64,000 nt of DNA from assembly GCA_965215605.1 (NCBI GenBank), contig OZ244070.1:1088001-1152000 (forward strand). The letters are read 5' to 3'. Below, in pieces: positions 58,532 to 64,000 of this stretch (position 1 is the stretch's first letter; each line of letters opens with the position of its first letter). The DNA is from an uncultured Candidatus Binatia bacterium. Lineage in GTDB: Bacteria; Desulfobacterota; Binatia; UBA9968; JAJDTQ01. Under the pieces are notes generated by a model, which searched no databases, was not told where the DNA came from, and worked only from the letters and a program-made list of their open reading frames with translations. Made by a program: the position numbers and the translations under genes.

Positions 58532-61261
58532 TTAACCCTGTTTGTCGGCTTCCTCAACACCCGTCTGCCCGGATTCCATCGCCTTTCCGCTTTCGGCCTT
58601 GGCCGTGGCGGGCGGCTTCAAACCGAGCGTCATGATGTAGTCGGTCAGCGCCTCGATCTGTTTCTTTTCGTCGCCGCCGAGGATGTCCTCGGGGCCGCCC
58701 GGATAGAAGGACGGCATCCTGGTTCCCGGCTGGAGCTTCTGCGGGTCCAGTATCCACTTCTCGATCCAGTCCGGATTCAACCGCTGGCGGGCCAGGTTCA
58801 GGTCCGGCGCCCAGTCTTCCACCGGCCCCTCGGGCTTTTTGTCGCCCTGCACGTGGCAGCTCCCGCATTCGAAGTAGTCGTCGGAGAACAACGTCGCGCC
58901 GGCCTTCAGATAACCCGCCGGCACCTGCTTTTCATCGACGTGGACGTAGGGGATCTCCACCTCGGAAAGCCCCACGAAATAGTTCACGAAGGTGTCCGCG
59001 TGGGGCCCATCGAAGCCGAAGGTGGGCATGCGGACCTTGAGCCACGGCCGGATGGGAGTCTCCGGGTTCTGCAGGAAGCCGAACATCCAGTTGGCCTGGA
59101 CCTTCTCGCCCTGGCCGTTCAGCGGCGGCGGCGCCAGGGTGGGGTTCTCCTCGTAGTACTTGCGGATGTGGCCACCCTCGCCCGCGATGACGTGGCAGCC
59201 GACGCAGTTGTACTCCTGGACCATGCGACGGCCCGAGGAGATGTGTTGGGCCAGATTCGAGTGATCCGCCTTGAAGGCCACGGGCACTTTCCGCTCCACG
59301 AAACCGTGCAACAGCACCCGCAGAGCCTTGATGTCTTCCTCGGGCAGGTCGAAGTGGGGCATCAACTGCTCGACCCGCTCGGTGGCGTACACCCGCGGAT
59401 TGTGGATCTTGTTGAAGGTCCAGTCCTTCCAGGTGTGCTTGATGCGGGTGTCGTTGCCGAAGAACAGCTCCTCCAGCGGCTTGGAGCCGAAAGTCGTCAA
59501 CTCGACGCCGATCCGGGATTCCTTCTCCATCCCGGGGATGTCGTGGCAGCCGGCACAGCCGTACTTCCGCACCAGCTTCTCGCCCCTGGCGATGTTGGCG
59601 GGCTGCTCCAGGCGGGCGGCCACCTCGGGGTTGGGCTCGGGCTTCGTGCCCAGGGTCATCAGGTAGGCGGTGAGCGCCAGCGCCTCGTCTTCGGTCAACC
59701 TCAGGCTCGGCATACGGGTATCCGGGTTGTAGCCCTTGGGATTCCGCAGCCAGTTGTAGGTCCAGCGGGGGTTCGCCTTGGCGGCGATGTCCTTCAGGTT
59801 CGGCACCAGATCCTTGCCCGCGACGCGGGTTGTGAACTCACCCTCGGCCAGTCCGTGACATCCGAGGCACCCCACCGAGCGGGCCAGTTCCTTGCCCTTC
59901 TCCACCATGGCCGCGTCGCCCGGCCGGTACCCTTCGGGCATGGGCGACTGCTTGAGCCACTCGTCGGCTTCCTTCTTGGACGCCGCCCACAGGTAGGATG
60001 CCGCCGCCAGCGCTTCGTCTTCCTTGAAATAGAAGTGCGGCATGCGGGTATCGGGCCGGAACTCGCGCGGGTTCAGGATCCACTGCACCATCCAGGCGGG
60101 ATCCACCTTGGCGCGGACCTTTCTGAGGCTGGGGCCGACCTTGGGAATGTCGCCATAACCTTCCACCAGGTGGCAGCCGGTGCACCCAACCTGCTCGAAG
60201 ATCCGCTGCCCCCGTGCCACCACGTCGGCGCCCTCCAGGCCGGCGACGTTGAGATGGCAGGTAACGCAGTTGGCCTGCACGTCGTTGTCCTCGAGCAGCG
60301 GATGCTCCCAGAACTTCACGTTGCCGTGGGCCTGGGCCAGACTGTTGACCGCCTCTCCCTGTCCTTCGTGGCAAGTGGTGCAGCCGAAAAAGCGCGGCGG
60401 ATGGGCGGTATCGCTGAGAAACACCGTACGTTTCGGATGGGTGGTGAGGGGCTGCGGCAGGTCATCGAAGCCGGCCCGGTTGATGCCGATGTGACACGAC
60501 TGGCAGCGGTCCACCCGGTCCACCTGCTGGTCGAAATTGTTGCGGTCGAAGTCCTTGAGCACCACCTGCTGGATCTTGGGGATCTTGTAGAGGGTGAACT
60601 GCGGGAAGCCCTCGGGGCCGACGGTGACGGTGGCGTTGTCCATCTGCCGCTGCCACTTCCGCTTGTCGCCCTCCAGTTCGTAGAGCTGGTCGTCGATCTT
60701 CTTGACGCCGCCCTGGACTTCCCTTATCTCGGCCTTGACGTCGGCGCGTTTCTTCCGCGCCGCTTCCAGGGCCGGCTCGAGCGCGCGTTGCTGGGCGTGC
60801 AGCTCCTGGATGTGCCTGCGGTACGGACCCGCGTCCTGTCCCAACTGGACGGCGTGGTCGAACTCGTACCAGGCCTCGTCCAGCTCGCTCTTGACGAACT
60901 TGACCTCCTGGTCCGCGTCGAAGTACTCCACCTCGACCCGCTGCTGCAGCTCCCGGAGCTCGGCGAGCCGGGCGCCCTTCTCGCCCCTCTCGAGGCTCTC
61001 CACCTCGGCGGCTCGTTGCTTCACCAACTCCGCGTACTTCGGATCCGCGTTCAGCCGCTCCTGCTCCTTGGCCAACGCCGCCGCGGCGCTCTCGTAGTCG
61101 GTCTGGATGAACTCCGCCTGATGGACCTTCCACACCCGCCTGGTGATGTTGTCGTCGAACACCGCCCACAAGGACACCACCACCAACAGGATGGAGCCTA
61201 CGAAAAAGACCGTCCCGTAGGATTTCTTTTCTTCGTTGGGATCTACGCCGCGAACCGCCAT
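58532..61261 (-). CDS. Membrane-anchored octaheme cytochrome c of Rieske/cytochrome b complex
   Basis: N-terminal TM, coiled coil, 8 CxxCH motifs (CQSCH, CTTCH, CVTCH, CTGCH, CLGCH, CAGCH, CVGCH, CGSCH) and repeated RMP/LMP Met-ligand motifs. Confidence 0.88.
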   Translation of the reverse strand: MAVRGVDPNEEKKSYGTVFFVGSILLVVVSLWAVFDDNITRRVWKVHQAEFIQTDYESAAAALAKEQERLNADPKYAELVKQRAAEVESLERGEKGARLAELRELQQRVEVEYFDADQEVKFVKSELDEAWYEFDHAVQLGQDAGPYRRHIQELHAQQRALEPALEAARKKRADVKAEIREVQGGVKKIDDQLYELEGDKRKWQRQMDNATVTVGPEGFPQFTLYKIPKIQQVVLKDFDRNNFDQQVDRVDRCQSCHIGINRAGFDDLPQPLTTHPKRTVFLSDTAHPPRFFGCTTCHEGQGEAVNSLAQAHGNVKFWEHPLLEDNDVQANCVTCHLNVAGLEGADVVARGQRIFEQVGCTGCHLVEGYGDIPKVGPSLRKVRAKVDPAWMVQWILNPREFRPDTRMPHFYFKEDEALAAASYLWAASKKEADEWLKQSPMPEGYRPGDAAMVEKGKELARSVGCLGCHGLAEGEFTTRVAGKDLVPNLKDIAAKANPRWTYNWLRNPKGYNPDTRMPSLRLTEDEALALTAYLMTLGTKPEPNPEVAARLEQPANIARGEKLVRKYGCAGCHDIPGMEKESRIGVELTTFGSKPLEELFFGNDTRIKHTWKDWTFNKIHNPRVYATERVEQLMPHFDLPEEDIKALRVLLHGFVERKVPVAFKADHSNLAQHISSGRRMVQEYNCVGCHVIAGEGGHIRKYYEENPTLAPPPLNGQGEKVQANWMFGFLQNPETPIRPWLKVRMPTFGFDGPHADTFVNYFVGLSEVEIPYVHVDEKQVPAGYLKAGATLFSDDYFECGSCHVQGDKKPEGPVEDWAPDLNLARQRLNPDWIEKWILDPQKLQPGTRMPSFYPGGPEDILGGDEKKQIEALTDYIMTLGLKPPATAKAESGKAMESGQTGVEEADKQG

Positions 61262-61307
61262 TCATGCTCCCTTACAGCACGCAGAGAATCTCTACCCTAC
61301 CGTCGCG

Positions 61308-61475
61308 TCAAGCCGCCTTGCTCTCCAACAGACGCCCGAGCGAGAACACCGCCACGCCGATGAGCGTCATGATGATCTCCTCAGCCATGGCTATGCCCTG
61401 GAAGATGCCCACGAACAACGTGAAACCCACGGCGGCAAGGCCCAAGGCCTGAACGAGCTTAGCTACATAGAACAT
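61308..61475 (-). CDS. 55-aa two-TM membrane protein (not in ORF track)
   Basis: MFYVAKLVQALGLAAVGFTLFVGIFQGIAMAEEIIMTLIGVAVFSLGRLLESKAA*; TGATG overlap with the subunit IV stop. Confidence 0.7.
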   Translation of the reverse strand: MFYVAKLVQALGLAAVGFTLFVGIFQGIAMAEEIIMTLIGVAVFSLGRLLESKAA

Positions 61476-62245
61476 CAGATATTAAGCCACGGGGTGACCA
61501 TGATGTACTTGATGTTGAACACCAGCCGCAGGAACATCTTGACCGGAAGCGCCATCATGGTGATGAACAGAAAGGATGTGATGGCGAAGCGGACGGCGCC
61601 CCACCGGACCATGAACTCCTTGCCCTTGATCCAGATGACCCACTTGTAGAACAGCCACGTCGAGAACACGAAGTAGAGCAGCACCAGGAAGAGTCCGAAG
61701 CCCGCCTGGACCCAGTAGTCCCGCAGCCCCACCAGGTAGGGCAGATCCACGTTGGTGAGGGCCACCACCTTGTGGGGATCCCACCGCTGCCAGGGCCAGA
61801 ACAGGTTCCAACCCGGCCCGCGGAAGAACGTCCCGATGATGATCGTGACCACCCAGAGGACGTGGAAGCCGATGAAGAAGGTCAGGATCTCCCACTTGCG
61901 TTCCTTGAACGTGTAGTAGCCGTTGCCCTTGACGTTGATGTCGATGAAGGGGATCACCATGAGGCCGATGATGATGAAGGTCGGCAGCACCACCCCGGCG
62001 TACCACGGATCGAAGTAGACCAGCATCTCCTGCAACCCGAGGAAATACCACGGCGCCTTGGATGGGTTGGGGGTGCGGGCCGGGTTGGCGGGCTCCTCCA
62101 GTGGCGCGTCCACCAGCAGCGACCACAGCGTCATGGCCACCATCACGAAGATGGTCACCAGGAACTCGCCACGCACCAGATGCGGCCACGTGTGAATCTT
62201 GTCGTCGACGACGATCATCCGGCTTCTTTCCTCGGCCTCAGCCAT
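61475..62245 (-). CDS. Cytochrome b6/f subunit IV-like (split cytochrome b C-terminal part)
   Basis: TWPHL, APLEEPANP..TPNPSKAPWYF (PEWY-equivalent). Confidence 0.87.
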   Translation of the reverse strand: MAEAEERSRMIVVDDKIHTWPHLVRGEFLVTIFVMVAMTLWSLLVDAPLEEPANPARTPNPSKAPWYFLGLQEMLVYFDPWYAGVVLPTFIIIGLMVIPFIDINVKGNGYYTFKERKWEILTFFIGFHVLWVVTIIIGTFFRGPGWNLFWPWQRWDPHKVVALTNVDLPYLVGLRDYWVQAGFGLFLVLLYFVFSTWLFYKWVIWIKGKEFMVRWGAVRFAITSFLFITMMALPVKMFLRLVFNIKYIMVTPWLNI

Positions 62246-62295
62246 ACGATGGCACCCCTTCCCTTAGCGATGCAATGAAACCCGTGCCGACGCAC

Positions 62296-63066
62296 CTAGA
62301 GCGGAGGGCCGGAGAAGCCGTCCCGGCGGATGCGCCAGAAGTGCACGGCCATGAGCAGGCTGGCCACCAGCGGGATGAAGATGCAGTGGAGAATGTAGAA
62401 CCGCAGCAGCGTGTGCGGACCGATGTCGCCGCCGCCGAACAGGAAGGCTCGCGCATCGTATATCGGATTGGCGCCGACGAACTCCGCGAAGGGTCCCTCA
62501 TGCCCCAACAGGGGCGTGGCCCGGGCCATGTTGGCGCCCACGGTGACGGCCCAGATGGCGAGTTGGTCCCACGGCAGCAGGTAGCCGGTAAAGCTCAGCA
62601 GCAGGGTCAGCACCAGCAGCAACACGCCGACGATCCAGTTGAACTCCCGCGGCGGCTTGTAGGAACCGGTCAGGAACACCCGGAACATGTGCAGCCACAC
62701 GAAGATGACCATGGCATGGGCCGCCCAGCGGTGCATGTTCCGCATCAGCATGCCGAAGGGCATATCGAACTCCAGGTACTTCATGTCCGCGTAGGCATAT
62801 TGCGGCACCGGCCGGTAGTAGAACATGAGATAGATGCCGGTGACCACCGTGAGCAGGAACATGAGGAAGGTCAGCCCTCCCATGCACCAGGTGAACCGCA
62901 TACGCACGGCGTGCCTGCGGACCTTGGCGGGATGCAGGTGCATCCACACGTTGCCCGTGACCATCAGCACGCGGTTGCGCGGCGTGTCTTCGTAGCCGTG
63001 ACGGAAGATCGACTTCCAGACCTGACTCTCGACGATATCCTTCTTGATCTGTTCCAGGTTGATCAT
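62296..63066 (-). CDS. Cytochrome b6-like (split cytochrome b N-terminal part)
   Basis: WCMGG (heme ci Cys), RNMHRWAAH, LHMFRVF, TGYLLPWDQ, RFYILH; start MINLEQ. Confidence 0.9.
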   Translation of the reverse strand: MINLEQIKKDIVESQVWKSIFRHGYEDTPRNRVLMVTGNVWMHLHPAKVRRHAVRMRFTWCMGGLTFLMFLLTVVTGIYLMFYYRPVPQYAYADMKYLEFDMPFGMLMRNMHRWAAHAMVIFVWLHMFRVFLTGSYKPPREFNWIVGVLLLVLTLLLSFTGYLLPWDQLAIWAVTVGANMARATPLLGHEGPFAEFVGANPIYDARAFLFGGGDIGPHTLLRFYILHCIFIPLVASLLMAVHFWRIRRDGFSGPPL

Positions 63067-63074
63067 GATCCGTC

Positions 63075-63599
63075 TCAAACCTTCAGGATGCTGTTGGGAT
63101 GCTGCTCGTCCGGTTCTCCACCCGGCGCCATGCGGAACTTCCTGGCCTTGTCCACCACGAGTTGGCCGTCTTCCGCCACGGCAATCTCGAAGCGGTCCAG
63201 CGGCCGCGGCGCCGGCCCCTCGAAGTTCAGCCCCGACTTGAAGAAGCCGCTGCCGTGGCAGGGGCACTTGAACTTGCTCTCGGCGGAGAGCCAGCGGGGC
63301 GTGCACCCGAGGTGGGTGCACTCGGAGGAGACCGCGTAGAAACCCGCCTCCTCGCGCACGATCCAAACGCGGAAGTCCTTCTTGAACTTCTCACTCACCT
63401 CGCCGATGGCGTAGTCGGACGGAAGGCCGGCCTTGAACGTGGAAGGCGGCTTGAAGAGCACCCGCGGAAATGCCGACCGCATGAAGCCAAATAGGGAGAC
63501 CACGGAGAACACCCCGAACCCCAGCCAGCCAAGGCGGCCGAAGAAGTCCCGGCGGCTCCAGATGCCTCGCTTTATTTCCCGTTTCTCGTTGGTAGCCAT
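63075..63599 (-). CDS. Rieske [2Fe-2S] subunit
   Basis: Tat motif SRRDFF, CTHLGC, CPCHGS, GPAPRPL. Confidence 0.93.
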   Translation of the reverse strand: MATNEKREIKRGIWSRRDFFGRLGWLGFGVFSVVSLFGFMRSAFPRVLFKPPSTFKAGLPSDYAIGEVSEKFKKDFRVWIVREEAGFYAVSSECTHLGCTPRWLSAESKFKCPCHGSGFFKSGLNFEGPAPRPLDRFEIAVAEDGQLVVDKARKFRMAPGGEPDEQHPNSILKV

Positions 63600-63606
63600 A
63601 GCATCC

Positions 63607-63954
63607 CTACTTCTTGAACCAGCTTATCACCGCGCCCCAGACAATGAAGAACAGGCCGCCTGCCATCAACGCCAGACCCACCGGCCCGAACACGAATGAA
63701 AGGCCTGCCCCCAACAAGAAAAACAGCACACCGGAGCCCAATGGGTTCATCGGCGCCGGGGTGGACCCGCTCGGTGCCTGCTGTGGTTCCTCGCCCCGGA
63801 TCAACTCCTCACGCACCAACGAAAAGGCGAGTTCCTTCAAATCCTCCCGCTTATCGGGCTCGACGGAACGGATCAACCGGCCGATACGCTCGGCCAGCCG
63901 TTCGACTTCCGCTTCCGTCGACTCAGAGTCGGATTTTGGAGATTCTGAAGCCAC
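63607..63954 (-). CDS. Hypothetical membrane protein at head of Rieske/cytochrome b operon
   Basis: 115-aa ORF with two C-terminal TM helices, 7 nt upstream of the Rieske gene. Confidence 0.6.
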   Translation of the reverse strand: MASESPKSDSESTEAEVERLAERIGRLIRSVEPDKREDLKELAFSLVREELIRGEEPQQAPSGSTPAPMNPLGSGVLFFLLGAGLSFVFGPVGLALMAGGLFFIVWGAVISWFKK

Positions 63955-64000
63955 TGAGAATAAAAAATGTGATTAATATAAGCAGTTCCGGATGTCAACA

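Noticed and set aside
327-63339. Numerous long antisense or alternate-frame ORFs (e.g. 327-1610, 7651-9930, 10821-12350, 18631-20493, 55827-57755, 58853-61363)
   Set aside because: Shadow ORFs expected at high GC; they overlap clearly identified genes and lack motifs

Overview
GC-rich bacterial chromosomal window with Deltaproteobacteria/Binatia-like gene content (taxonomy is inference). 1-21.9 kb is housekeeping: purC (partial), purB, dut, M16 peptidase, the rimP-nusA-ylxR-infB-DUF503-rbfA-truB-rpsO-pnp operon, an NtrB/NtrC-like pair, thiE, dnaB, queF, aguAB and gltA. 22-57.7 kb is an accessory metabolic region: enolase-superfamily, MetE-like and TPP enzymes, a cobalamin/2x[4Fe-4S] reductive-dehalogenase-like protein, a diiron oxidase, UbiD and a Rieske oxygenase cluster, plus several deletion scars including a wrecked MMPL / sterol-methyltransferase / GPP34-P450 locus. 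57.8-64 kb is a Rieske-cytochrome b6-subunit IV-octaheme cytochrome c complex. The main discoveries are two hidden UGA-recoded genes that the ORF track misses or splits: (1) an iodothyronine-deiodinase-like selenoprotein (FGSIT-U-PPF) with an E. coli fdhF-like SECIS, and (2) a 71-aa ORF (39326-39541, minus strand) with a strong RBS, two in-frame UGA codons in a G-U-Y-G-N-U-G motif and a SECIS-like hairpin, a candidate new di-selenocysteine microprotein. No rRNA, tRNA, CRISPR array or intact mobile element was recognised.
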